DNA of 64,000 nucleotides from Thecamonas trahens ATCC 50062 (lineage: Eukaryota > Protista > Apusomonadida): positions 310,001 through 374,000 of the forward strand of contig NW_013657657.1 of assembly GCF_000142905.1 (NCBI RefSeq), written 5' to 3'. A program made the translations under genes and the position numbers. The notes under the pieces were generated by a model. The model searched no databases and had not been told where the DNA came from. It worked only from the letters and a program-made list of their open reading frames with translations. Below are positions 11,172 to 22,657 of this stretch, one piece after another; positions within the stretch are counted from its first letter, which is position 1, and every line of letters starts with the position of its first letter.

Positions 11172-11465
11172 ATGCTCGGCCAGTCGCTATCGCACCTTGC
11201 GGCTTCACTCTCCGCACCCGATCACCGCCGCGCTCTGTGGCTCAGAATCTCCCGAACAAGCGATACAACGACCAGTTCAGACTCACTGGCGTTGCTCTCC
11301 TGGAAATCTACACTATGTGGCTCAACTTTCCTTTTGACCTCGAGTGATGTGTGATGAGTACGAGTAGTTGCCGTGGCAGGCCCTGTGCCCGTATACGGCG
11401 GTGACGTGCCAGGCGCAGTTTGGCCCAACGGACAGCGAAATTTTCAATTCGGTTCGTCACCGCAT

Positions 11466-11743
11466 TTGTCCGCACCGTCTACTGGGCCGCATCATGGCAT
11501 CAACTCCCGGAACCAGCCCGGGAACCGGATCAAGACCGGATGAACTTCTTCTCTTGCCTTGTATGACCACGCGATAGTGTGAGGATGAGTCGCCGTATGC
11601 CCGCGTTTGTCCGTACCGTCTGCTGGATATGGCTGGCCGCATCATGGCATCAACTCCCGGAACCAGCCCGGGAACCGGATCAAGACCGGATGAACTTCCT
11701 CTCGTGCCTTGTATGACCACGCAATAGTGAGGATGAGTCGCCT
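11466..11743. repeat. Intergenic tandem duplication, 2 copies, ~150 bp period
   Basis: 64-nt identical core at 11485-11548 and 11635-11698, with similar flanks. Confidence 0.92.
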
Positions 11744-12013
11744 TGTTCTCCATCCATGGCCACCGCGACGACATGGCGCTCTCCTGACAGCCAACAATTA
11801 TTGTAACACATTGAATTTTATCGTTCTCACTCTCGATCACACGCATGGGCCGTGGGCCTGCGGGAAGGCAGCGGGTCGTGAGGCGAGCCAACAGGCTGCG
11901 GCACCTCGCTTCCAGGCTACGCGCAAGCTCGGGGGAAGAGCCGGCTTCAGCGTAGGCGTGACGGAGCCGAGACTGACGAGGCTGGTGGACGAGGCGGCGC
12001 GAGGGACAGCGAC

Positions 12014-13494
12014 ATGGCTCGAGGGGCAGGGATCGGAGGCGAGGGTGCCGGCCGGCGATATGTAAAGACGGCACACAAGGTTGGCTTTGCCTTTGGAGCG
12101 GTGCCGTCTGCGCTGACGGCGACGATCATCGGATTCTTTTTTGCCCCGTTCTTGCTCGAGACTGCCCTGCTCTCGCCGCAGCAGGTCGCTGCGATTCTGC
12201 TCATCGGTCGGTGCTGGGACGCCGTGACCGACCCGTCGGCGGGCTTCCTGGTGGCGCGGACGTCGAGCCGGTTTGGCCGGCTGCGGGTGTGGATCGCCGC
12301 TGCGATCTTTCCGGCAGCCATCTCGTATGGCCTGCTCTGGCTGACTCTTCCCGAATGGTCGCCGGCGGCGCGGTTTGCCTACTACACTGGCGTCTACTGC
12401 ACCTACCAGATGCTGTTCACCGCGTACTATGTCCCGTACACCTCGCTCACTATGCAGATCTCGCCGATCTCGGCTGAACGTGACGCTGTGACTGCGGTCC
12501 GCATGATTGCCGAAATCCTGGCGGTCCTCATCGGCGTCGGCGGGCAGGGCTTCATGGTCGCCGACTCAGACGCTGCCGACGGGTACCGGCTCGCTGGTCT
12601 GGTGAACGGATGCTTGGCGGTAGTCTCTGGCCTCATTCTCCTCATCACCGTCCCGCAGCTTGGCGCGGCGTACGAGGTCACCGACGACCGGTGTGCCCAC
12701 CTCTCACTCCTGGCCGGCCTCCGGGTCTCGATCTCGTTCAGGCCGTACTTTGTGCTGACCATGATCTTTCTCTGTGCGTGGATCTCGGTCCTCCTCGTCC
12801 AGACCAACATCCTGCTGTACATCAAGTATGCGCTCGACATTGAGGGCCACTTTCAGTTTATTCTCATCACTCTCCTGTTCACAGCCTCGGCTTCGATGCC
12901 GGTGTGGGCCTGGCTCTCAGGCCGGCGCGGGCGGAAGCCCACGTTTGTGGCGGGCGTCATTTGCTTTGCGCTCCCGCTCCTCTCGCTCTTCATCATGCCT
13001 GTCCGCCAACCGATCCCCATGTACTTTGTGGCTTCCATTGCAGGCGTCGGCTTTGGCGCAGCATACTACGTTCCGTGGTCGATGCTCCCGGACGTGCTCG
13101 ACGAGTACGAGGTATGCCACGGCAGCCGCCACGACGCCGTCTTCTACTCGCTCTTTGTTTTTTGCAAAAGTTTGGCTCGGGCATCACCCTTGCGGCCTCT
13201 ACTTACGTCCTCTCGCTTGGCGGCTACCGCAATCCGCCATCCAAGGCTGAGAAGGAGGCCTTTGGCTGGCCCGACGACGTGGACCAGCCGTCGTCGCTCG
13301 ACTTGACCCTCCGCTGCCTCGTCTCGTTCGCGCCTGCTCTCTTTCTCTCAACATCGCTCATCTTTCTCTACATCTACCCTATTTCCGAGTCGCAGCGCAA
13401 GGCTAACAAGGCTGCCCTCCTCGCTGCCGCTGCAAATCGGCCTGTTGTCGCTCTTCGCGACGACGTCCCCCTCCTCTCCGGCCGCGGCGTGTGA
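12014..13494 (+). CDS. MFS glycoside-pentoside-hexuronide family transporter (MFSD2-like), with an apparent 1-nt frameshift at T-run 13158-13163
   Basis: Motifs GRCWDAVTDP, SRFGRLRVWI, YYVPYTSLT, PWSMLPDVLD and FYSLFVF, continuing as LQKFGSG in the -1 frame. C-terminal DDVPLL dileucine motif. Confidence 0.88.
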
Positions 13495-13909
13495 TCTCTG
13501 CTCATGTCGAGCGTGGTGACGAGTATACAGCTCTTGCACGTCGTGGAATCAGCGACTCTAGATCCACACATTGAACACAATTGTAGTCTTGACCATGATT
13601 GTACCTCACCCCGCCCTGCGAGTCTGGGCCTCACGGCCACCGCTCCTGCCGCTGCCGCCGCACCAAAGACAGAGCCATGTCGCACCAGCTCCAGCTGTGG
13701 CCGTGGCCAGCAGTAGACACACTCCAGTCCGTCATCACCCCACTCCCGACCCCATTGTCCATGTATGTAGCACGCACCACCTCTCGTTCACATCCCCACC
13801 CATGCCCGCCCCCACCATCCCCCCCATCCCCATCCCCATCACCGCCACCAAGCCCACCACGCCATCCATCCATCCTTCCCAACTCACTGCTCTCCTCACA
13901 CACAGGGCA

Positions 13910-15576
13910 ATGCACGACGAGGACGACCTGTGGGCAGGCCTGGGAGACGAGCTGGACAAGGACCTTGCAGAGGTGACTGCCGTGGAGGAAGAGCTGGTGC
14001 CAGAGGCGCTCGAGGCGCTGTTTGCGGGCAAGTCGCGGGTGGCGACGGCGCCAGGGAGTGAGGACGGCGACAAGGATGTTGTGGAGGCTGCGGGCGGAGA
14101 AGGAGATGGTGGCGACAACGAAGATCCGGCAGAAGAGTCGGGGCATGTTGTCGAGACGGCGTCGTTTGAGAGCTTGGGGGTGTGCAAGTGGCTGCGGTCA
14201 TCGATGGCCGGGCTGGGCATCGAGGCGCCGACGCCTGTGCAGGTGGCGACGCTCCCGGCCGCCCTGGCCGGCTCGGACGTCATCGGCTCGGCGCCGACCG
14301 GGTCTGGCAAGACGCTTGCCTTTGCGCTGCCTATTCTGGATGCGCTCTCGCGGGATCTGTATGGGATCTTTGCGCTGGTGCTCACGCCGACGCGCGAGCT
14401 TGCGATGCAGATTGCGGAGCAGTTCCAGGTTGTGGGCAAGCCACTCGGAGTCCGTGTCACGACGGTGATCGGCGGGCTGGACATGATGACTCAGGCGCGG
14501 GAGCTCGCGAGCAAGCCGCACGTGGTCATTGCCACCCCGGGGCGGATGGCCGACCACGTGCTGTCGTCGGGCAACGTCTCGCTTCACAAGGTCAAGTTTC
14601 TGGTGCTGGACGAGGCGGATCGGCTGCTGGAGCCGTCGTTCTCAACCGCACTGAGCACCATCATGGACGCGGTGCCCGGGCGCGAGCAGCGGCAGACGCT
14701 GCTGTTCTCGGCCACGCTCACTCCGACCATCACCGACCTGATGGACAACGTTCTGGTCGACGCTGTCTTCTACGACGCATCCAAGGACAAGCCGGCGTTG
14801 CTCTTGCTGAGCGAGTCACCCAGGAGTACGTCTTCCTTCCGGCCAAGGTCAAGGAGGTGTACATGGTGCATCTGCTTCGTCAGCTGGCACCGCAGTCGGC
14901 CATGGTCTTTGTCGCCAAGTGCTGGACCGCCGAGCTCCTGTATGAGATGCTACTTCTCCTCGGCTTCCGCGCCGTGACTCTGCATGCGAGCATGACTCAG
15001 CCTCGGCGCCTAGCGGCGCTGGGCAAGTTCCGCGCCCGCACCGCAGACATCCTGGTGGCGACCGATGTCGCCGCCCGTGGTCTCGACATCCCCACCGTCG
15101 ATCTGGTCGTCAACTTTGACATCTGCCGCAACCCAGCCGACTACGTCCATCGCATCGGGCGTACCGCTCGCGCCGGCCGCGCCGGCCTTGCCCTCTCGCT
15201 CATCTCGCAGTACGACGTCAAGCTCATCAAGCGTATCGAGGCTACAACCGCCATCCAGCTCTCCGAGCGCGAGGTCGACGAGGATGCTGCGCTGATGAAC
15301 ATCAACCGTGTCAGCACCGCCATGCGTGAAGCCAAGCTCATGTTGATGCGCCGCAACTTTCAGGCCGTCGACGATGCCCGCAAGAATGCTGCCTATCGCA
15401 GCAGCTCTGCTCGCGCCCGTGATGCCAAGAGCAAGAACAAGAACAAGAGCAAGAGCAAGGACACGGGCAAGGGCAAGAGCAGGGCCAAGGGCAAGGACAA
15501 GGGCGCGCCGAAGCGTAGGCGATCGCACGGCTCGGGGAGCAAGAGCGTGAGCCGCAAGAGAAAGAAGCACAAGTGA
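13910..15576 (+). CDS. DDX49: DEAD-box RNA helicase DDX49/Dbp8, with an apparent 1-nt frameshift near 14790
   Basis: Q motif, APTGSGKT, PTRELA, TPGR, DEAD and SAT in the first ORF. QEYVFLP, ATDVAARGLDIPTV and YVHRIGRTARAGR in the second ORF. 'LSRDLYGIFALVLTPTRELA' is Dbp8-like. Confidence 0.88.
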
Positions 15577-15738
15577 AATCAATGCTAGTAGTATGCTGCC
15601 GGGACAAGGCTGCTTTCTATATTGGCTGAAGCACGGCATGGCAGGGCAGCTCGCGCCCGATCCGAGGGTTGTCGATCTCTAGCCAGAGCATAGCGTCCGC
15701 TTCCAGGACTGCCGCTTGAGGAGGGTACGTAGTTGGGC

Positions 15739-15751
15739 AAAAAAGAAGAAA
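15739..15751 (-). terminator. RNA polymerase III oligo-T terminator of the 5S gene
   Basis: T-rich tract TTTCTTCTTTTTT immediately 3' of the 5S sequence on the minus strand. Confidence 0.8.
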
Positions 15752-15870
15752 GAATGCGTTACTCGGTATTCCCGTGTGGTCCCCCACCACAGTACTAACC
15801 AAGCCTCATGCTGCTTGACTTCCGAGAGCGAGACGGGATCGGGTATTTTCAGCATAGGATGAACGCATTC
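15752..15870 (-). rRNA. 5S ribosomal RNA gene (dispersed copy)
   Basis: The reverse complement reads GAAUGCGUUCAUCC...GAUCCCGUCUCGCUCUCGGAAGUCAAGCAG...GGUUAGUACUGUGGUGGGGGACCACACGGGAAUACC...AACGCAUUC. It is 119 nt with a perfect 9-bp helix I and the conserved 5S motifs. Confidence 0.95.
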
Positions 15871-16058
15871 GATGTCGGAGAGTGTGCGTGACACTCATGT
15901 GGTGGAGGGTGAGGGTGGAGGGCGGCCGTAAAATGGGTTTGGATAATTATGTCCAGCCTCTCTCGTCGCTACTTTTGCACGTCCTCGTGGAGACAGCAGT
16001 TTCAACGCCAAGGGGGGAAGGGGGGGGGGGGGGGGGGGGGGGGGGGGTCTTGTATGGT

Positions 16059-17330
16059 TTACAGCTCATCGCGATCATCGGCAGGCTCAGCAGCGTGTTC
16101 GGCAGCGTCAGCACCAGCATCAGCAGCATCAGCGTCAGCAGAACCGGCATCGGCATCGGCACCGGCATCCTTGTCGGCGTCGGCGCCAGCATCAGTCGCA
16201 TCAGCGTCGGCAGCCTTGGTCGGCTTCGCGGCCTTTTTGACGACGACAGCGCGGCGGACGTAGATAAACCACGAATACGTGCCGGTAGCACCTTGCGGAT
16301 CCTTAACCACAAGGTCGACAGGGTGGTGGCCCAGCGCGTCGGGCTCGCCAGAGAGAACGGCAGTGCCGTTGCCAAACGACTCGAGCGAGGCCCAGGTCGG
16401 AAGGGTGGTGGCGTCGACGGCGAGGTCGGCGGCGTCATCGTCGACGTCGGTGACGTTGAAAACGTAGGTGTACGTGTCGTTGAGGCGAGCTTCGTTGGAG
16501 GGCTTGGTGGTGAAGACCGGCGGATCGTTCTCCTCAGGCGTGTCCTCGGGCACGGGCTGGGCCGGCGGAACCGGCTTGGGCTTGCGGTACGAAGTCGGCA
16601 TGGGCTTGCGCGAGTACCAGGTCATCTTGCGGTTGATGGTATCGGCCTTGGCCTCGAGCGCCTTAGTGAGGAGAACCGGGTTGGCGGTGAGCTCGAGAGT
16701 GTCCTGCTCGGCACCAGTCTCGGCCAGCCAGTCAGCCGTCCGGTTGATCTGGGAGGCAAAGGCGGCGAGTTCATCACGGGTCACGCGCGGGTACTCGTGC
16801 TCGGCCTCGAGACGGGCGGTCTCGTTGGTGAACTTGAGGAGCTTGCGGCGGGCACGCGTGAGCAGGGTGGCGAGGGCATCGCGGGCGGCGGGCCGGGTCG
16901 CCATTTCGCGGGCACGCATGTGCATGTCGGCGGTTTCGGTCTTGAGCTCGGCGAGCTTGGCGGTGTAGACCTCGGTGGTCTCGTCCTCGCCCTCATCGTA
17001 GAGCCAGTCCGAGAGCTCGGAGAGCTTCTCCATGAGCGCATCACGCTCATCCTCGGTCGTCACCTCCTCAATGTCCTCGTCCCACAGCCGCTCTTTGGTG
17101 GCGTAGATGAAGGACTCGAGCGAGTTCTTGGCCTCGGCCTGGTCGCGCTTGGCCTTGTCGGCATCAAACATGGCCTGGAGGATGCGGCGCGAGTCGACAA
17201 AGTGCTCGGCCTCCATTGCCTGCATGTGGGCGCCCGCCACACGCTCAACCGACAGCGGGATCTTGACCATCTTGGTCGTGGGACCTGCAGGCTCGGCGGG
17301 CTCGGCGGCGCCGACATCGGCGTCGGCGTT

Positions 17331-17370
<40 letters not shown>

Positions 17371-19473
17371 TCGGCGGCAGTGTCAACAGCAGCGTCAGCG
17401 TCGGCGCCGGCATCAGCGGCAGCCTCGGCCTCCACGGGCTCGGTAACGTTGACGTACAGTGTGGCCTTGGTCACAACCGGCATGCTTGACGCGTCGAGGT
17501 GGAACGAGACCTTGATGCGCGGAACAGTGCCATCGGTCATGGTGTCAGCGTGCGGGGCGGCAGCGTCGGCAATGCCCGAGACGCGGTAGGTGGCGATGGT
17601 GGAGAGCTCAGGCGCGTCAAGAGAGGTTGCATCCGAGTAGACGAGCGCAAAGTCAAAGTCGCTGTCGCGGACAAATGTCATGGCCTTCTTCGAGTCGAGC
17701 TTGTTGCCCTTGGGGAAGACCGTGACAGCGGTGGCTTCGCCAGACACGGCGTCGGCGTAGGCGACATCGATGGGGTGGAGGAGGCGGTCGACAAAGGCGA
17801 TTTCCTTGACGCGGAACGACGACGAGAGGCGGGCGCCGTGGAAGGCGGCGCCGAGGACGGCGGCTTCGTCTGCGTTGACATTCTTCTCGAGCGAGTCGCG
17901 GCCCAGGAACTCCATCAGCAGCGACTGGATGCGCGGGATGCGCCCACCACCGCCGACCATAACAACCTCGTCGAGGTCAGCCGGCTCGAGGCCGAGTTCG
18001 GCGAGGACCGCCTGCAGCGGGAGGGTGACCCGGGCGAGCAGGTCTGTCGACGCCAGCTCAAAGTCGTCCCGGGTAATGTGGCCACGGTAGTCGGCGTCGC
18101 CCACAAGCGACTCGATCGAGGTGTACATTTCAGTGTTGGCCGAGAGCACCTCCTTGACCTTGGCGGCGTAAAGGTCGAGCTTGGCCATGGCGCGAGCCTT
18201 GGTGCGGACGTCAAAGTCGACGGCGTCGTTAAACTGGTCCGCCATGATCTGGACAAGGCGAGCGTCAAAGTCGCGGCCGCCGAGGCGGCGGTCGTAGGCG
18301 ACGGCGCGGACGTCAAAAGCGGTCACAGTCTTGTTCTTCTTGTTCTTGTATCCGTACTTGACGGTCTTGCCGTAAAAGTCGACGACGGTAGCAACGGTGG
18401 CTCCGGCACCCATGTCGTAAAAGGCAACACGCTTCGGCGCGTCGGCAGTCTCGTTAAACGTGCGTCCGAGCGCGTAGTTGAGCGCGACCGCAGTGTTGTC
18501 GTTGAGGAGCGAGCGAACCCGGAGGTTGGCCAGCTTTGCGGCGTCAAGCACGGCCTGGCGCTCCACGGCGGTGTAGAAAGGCGGAACAGTGATGACCGCA
18601 TTCTTGATGTTGACTTCGGCAAAGTCCGACGCCGTGCCCGCGAGATAGCGCAGGACGAGCGCGGTAGCCTCCTCAACAGTGAGCGACGTCTCCGAGCCGG
18701 GCTGCGGAGCGTAGCCGATTCCGCCGCGGCCATCGCGGGCCTCGACGACCTCGAGCACCGTGTTGAGATCCTTAGCGTGCTCGACAAGCGGTGACGAGAT
18801 TGGATGGCCAAGCAGCTGCTGCATGGCCCGGATGCCGCCGTGCTTGGGCGAGCGGGTGGCAAGCTTGAGCGCAGGGCTGCCGACCATAACCTCATCCTCG
18901 TAGAACGCCACATTGGTCGGCGTCTTGCGCCGGGACTCGACATTGAGTACAACCTCCATCGGCACGCCCGGCTTGACCAGCGCAACCTTGGTGTTGAGCG
19001 AGCCAAGATCAATGCCGATGACGTTGGCCTGGACCATGCTCGCTGCCAGACACTGCCCGCACACCGGTCCGTTCGCCCACGTGAGTTCCTCTCGCCATAG
19101 AGCCCCCACACCCACAACCAAGCAGCGATACAGGTGCAAGCTGCAAGTCCGACGAAGCTTGGGCTCATTGGCGCCCTCGATGGCTGCAGCCAAGTCGACA
19201 GCGAGCACGACAGCGGGTCTCCGCTGTGGGGAACTAGGTGCTCAGGATCGATTCATGAAGTCAGCACTGGCTGGGTCCGGGCAGCCGCGAGGGAAGGCAA
19301 GGCGACCCATAGTGACGAGAGAGGCAGTTGGAAGGGAAGTGGAGAGGGGAGAGGGGGGAAGAGGGGGAGAAGGATGATATGGGCGAGAGAGTAAGGAAGC
19401 GTGGGAGAAAGGGTAGCCCAGCGCCACGTACCAGAGCCAGTCCGGCGAGGATGGCGAGCGTCGCAAGTTTCAT
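16059..19473 (-). CDS. HYOU1: ER Hsp70-family nucleotide exchange factor Grp170/HYOU1/Lhs1; exons 19473-19432 and 19052-16059
   Basis: Spliced signal peptide MKLATLAILAGLAL|CLAASMVQA (GTACGT..GGCAG intron 19431-19053). Motifs VIGIDLGS, LNVESRRKTP, FYDMGAG, LGGRDFD, NADEAAVLGA, AKNSLESFIY and SDWLYDEG, with C-terminal RDEL. Confidence 0.93.
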
Positions 19474-19800
19474 GACGCTTGGACTTGACAGACGGTGAGA
19501 GTGGAGTGGCGCGGCGAGCCGATGGCTGGGCCTGGGCAAGCTGGTACCTGCTCGGCCGAGGTGCGGAGAGCTTGAGGGGGGATGGAGGCTTGGATTGGTT
19601 CATTTGATGAGGAGTGCATTTCTCAAGGGAATGAGGGTGATGAAGGTCTCATCGTTTGGTCGCATCCGCATGGGTGGGGGGAGGGGTGGAACGGGGGAGG
19701 GGGGGGGCGGTCGACAGCAGTGTCGAGCTCGCGGCGGTGGCAAGACGTGTGCAGCCTTGGCGGACAGGAAAAGACGAGGGAGAGGGAGAGGAAGGGGAGG

Positions 19801-20337
19801 TTAGCGATCGAGGGAGCGGCCAGATCGCATGATGCGGACAAAGGCGTCCTTGTCGACAAAGAGGTTGTGGATCGAGTCTGCGGGCTGGCGGCCTGCGGCA
19901 GCCTGGGCCTGGGTCATCATCAGCACCAGCTGGTCATCGGAGAGATCCTCGCCGAGCTCGTGAACAATGGCGCGGAGGTTGTCAAGCGTGAGAACGCCCG
20001 AGCCATCTGTGTCGAGGAGGGCAAAGCCCTTGGTCAACAGCGAGTCGTTGACGTCCTCGGCGAGCTTGTAGGCCATGAGATCGACAAAGTCGTCTGCAGT
20101 GAGGCCAAGAGGGGCATCAAGCGATGAGCCATTGTACTTGTTAAGAATGAACCGAGCCTCGTCTGGGTACGGCGGAAAGCCGAGCGCCTGCAGCGCCACA
20201 TGCAGGTCAGCCTCGGACATGCGCGGCTCGCCGCCGCTGACAATGTCCTCATCAGTGACAAAGAGGGCAAAGGCTTCACGGACCTCAGCCTCTTGCTCGG
20301 CCGTGAGGCCCAAGTCGGGCGTGTCCATATTTGACAT
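19801..20337 (-). CDS. Centrin/calmodulin-like EF-hand protein (degenerate EF hands)
   Basis: LTAEQEAEVREAFALF, LHVALQALGF, GFALLDTDGSGVLTLDNLRAIVHELGEDLSDDQL. An upstream exon is possible. Confidence 0.8.
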   Translation of the reverse strand: MSNMDTPDLGLTAEQEAEVREAFALFVTDEDIVSGGEPRMSEADLHVALQALGFPPYPDEARFILNKYNGSSLDAPLGLTADDFVDLMAYKLAEDVNDSLLTKGFALLDTDGSGVLTLDNLRAIVHELGEDLSDDQLVLMMTQAQAAAGRQPADSIHNLFVDKDAFVRIMRSGRSLDR

Positions 20338-20766
20338 GGTACACCTGGAAGAGGTGAAGAGAGTGAGGTGGAGTGGCGGGGGGGGGGCGGGTGCAGGGGG
20401 TGGGCGGCATAGGCGCGGTCCCTGGCGCTGGGAGTGTGTGTGTTGGCAGGCGGGAGGCGGGAACGGGGACAGGGACTTGGGGGGGGGGGGTAGAGGGGGG
20501 AGGGATGGCATGACGATGGGTGAGGCGATGGATGGATGGGGTGATAGATGGAAGGAAGGGGAGGAACAGTCTGCGATCATTGGCCACCATGGCCACCATC
20601 CACCAACGGGCGGCTGGAGGCGGGCTCGACTCGACCGAACGATGGAAGCAGTGACGGCAACAGCAACGAGCCGGCCAACCTTGCCTACCCACCACCATTT
20701 GACGCTGTCGGCAGAAGAGCTAGCGGGCCAGACCGGTCAAGTCGAGTAGCAGACAGTACATAGATT

Positions 20767-20810
20767 CACACACACACACACACACACGCACGCACACACA
20801 CACACATACA
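20767..20810. repeat. (CA)n microsatellite
   Basis: Imperfect cacaca tract seen directly. Confidence 0.9.
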
Positions 20811-20827
20811 GATAGAGATACTTAGTT

Positions 20828-22644
20828 ATGGTACGTGGTGTTTGGAGTGTCGAGCACGGGTCAGGTCGGGTCGACAAGGTCGCGGGGGCGTATGGCCGAC
20901 CGACGTGGCGATGGACGGCCAGGAGGGGGGAATTTTTGGACGCCGGGGACGAGTAGCAGAGGAGGTCAACAGAGCGGGAGAAAGAGAGGGAGGGAGGGGG
21001 GAGTGGTGCTGGGGGAGGGGGGGGGGGGGGGGGGGACTTATGAAAGGGTGGTGTATGGTGGAGCGTGTGCAGGTTGTGCTCTCGGCAGCGGTGTGCACCA
21101 AGCAGGGGCGGCCGCTTGTGGCGAGGCAGTTTGTGGCGATGTCGCGAGTGCGGGTGGAGGGCCTCCTGGCAGCGTTTCCCAAGCTTGTCAAGAGCGGAAC
21201 GCAACACACGTATGTGGAGACCGAGTCTGTGCGGTATGTGTACCTGCCGCTGGACCAGCTGTACGTGCTGTGCGTGACGAACAAGGGATCGAACATCCTG
21301 GAGGATCTGTCAACGCTCCATCTCATCTCCAAGCTTGTGCCCGAGTACTGCGGCGGGACGTCCGAAGCTGCGGTTGCAGCGCGATCATTTGAGCTTGTGG
21401 CGGCTATCGACGAGGTGCTGACGATGGGCATCCGCGAAAAGGTGACCCTCTCACAGGTCAACACCTTTACCATTGCCAACTCGCATGAGGAGAAGATCTT
21501 CGACATGGTCCGCGAGAACCGCATTCGCGAGGTCAAGGGTATCACCGACCGCAAGATTGCAGAGATGGAAAAGGCCAAGAAGGACCGGCGGGCGTTTGGC
21601 GGTTCGGGGTCGGCGACGGGCTTTGGGTCGGGCTCGGGCATGGGCTCCAGCGGAGGCATGGGCTCCAGCATGGGGTCTACGCCCGGCGGCTTTGGGTCGG
21701 GCTCTGCAGGCGGGCATGGTGCGGGCAGCGCGTCGATGTCTCGGCCTGCGGCGCCGGCTGCAACGCCTGCACCTGCGCCTGCGTCGTCGAGCACGGGCAT
21801 GAAGCTTGGCGGGCGCGGCGGCAAATCGTCGTCGCTGCTTGCGCAGATGAAGCAGGAGGGCGCGTACTCTGAGAGCGACGCGGTTGCGCCGCTGACGACG
21901 CTGGACGCGCCGGTCGACGACACGCCCAAGATGGGCGTGCATGTGGTGCTCGAGGAGACGGTGGCGCTAGTGATGGAGCGCGACGGCGGGGTGCAGTCAA
22001 TGGAGATCAAGGGCTCAATCTCGCTGGTGGTCAACGACGCAGCGTCGGCACGGCTCCGGGTGGCCACTGACGTCTCACGGGCGGCAAAGTTCAAGTTTAC
22101 CACCCACCCGCACATCAACAAGGCGCTCTTCTCCAAGCAGAACATGATCGGGCTGAAGGACCCGGCCAAGCCGTTCCCGACCTCGGGCACCCCGCTCCAG
22201 GTCCTGCGCTGGAAGCGGGTGTTCGACTCGGAGGATGACGTGCCGCTGGTGGTCACCTGCTGGCCGTCGTCGGACACGGTCTCGGTCCAGTACGAGCTGA
22301 CCGACACTTCGCTCTCGCTCTCCAACGTCATGATCGCCATCCCCATCCCCGGCGGCTCCGCCCCTTCGGTCGAGCAGGCCTCGGGCTCGTACACCTTTAC
22401 CGGCGACGCCCTCATTTGGTCGCTACCCATCATCGACGGCGACAACGCGTCGGACACGCTCGAGTTTTCGGCGGCCGGCCTTGCCGACGAGCTCTACTTT
22501 CCGGTCCACGTCGCTTTTACGGCCCCGGCTCCACTCTCGGGCGTGGCCATCACCGATGTCGTTGCCGCAGACTCGGGCGCCCCTCTCGGCCACTCGACCC
22601 AGGTTGAGGTCAAGACTGGCAACTACCAGATCATCGATGCGTAA
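20828..22644 (+). CDS. ARCN1: Coatomer subunit delta; start ATG (20828-20830) separated from exon 2 by intron 20831-21072
   Basis: ATG|GTACGT...TGCAG|GTT gives MVVLSAAVCTKQGRPLVARQF. Also RVEGLLAAFPKL, QHTYVET, SNILEDL, SHEEKI and a mu-homology C-terminal domain. Confidence 0.93.
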
Positions 22645-22657
22645 ACACCCTCCCTGT

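Noticed and set aside
11466-11743. CRISPR array, hammerhead ribozyme or C/D snoRNA interpretation of the tandem repeat
   Set aside because: Only two long copies with no spacers or cas genes. No CUGAnGA/GAAA core and no properly placed C/D boxes were seen.
15882-18794. Long plus-strand ORFs (535 and 431 aa) opposite HYOU1
   Set aside because: Antisense shadows of a GC-rich, codon-biased Hsp70-family gene, with no independent motifs.
20826-22457. 543-aa minus-strand ORF
   Set aside because: Antisense to the well-supported delta-COP gene.
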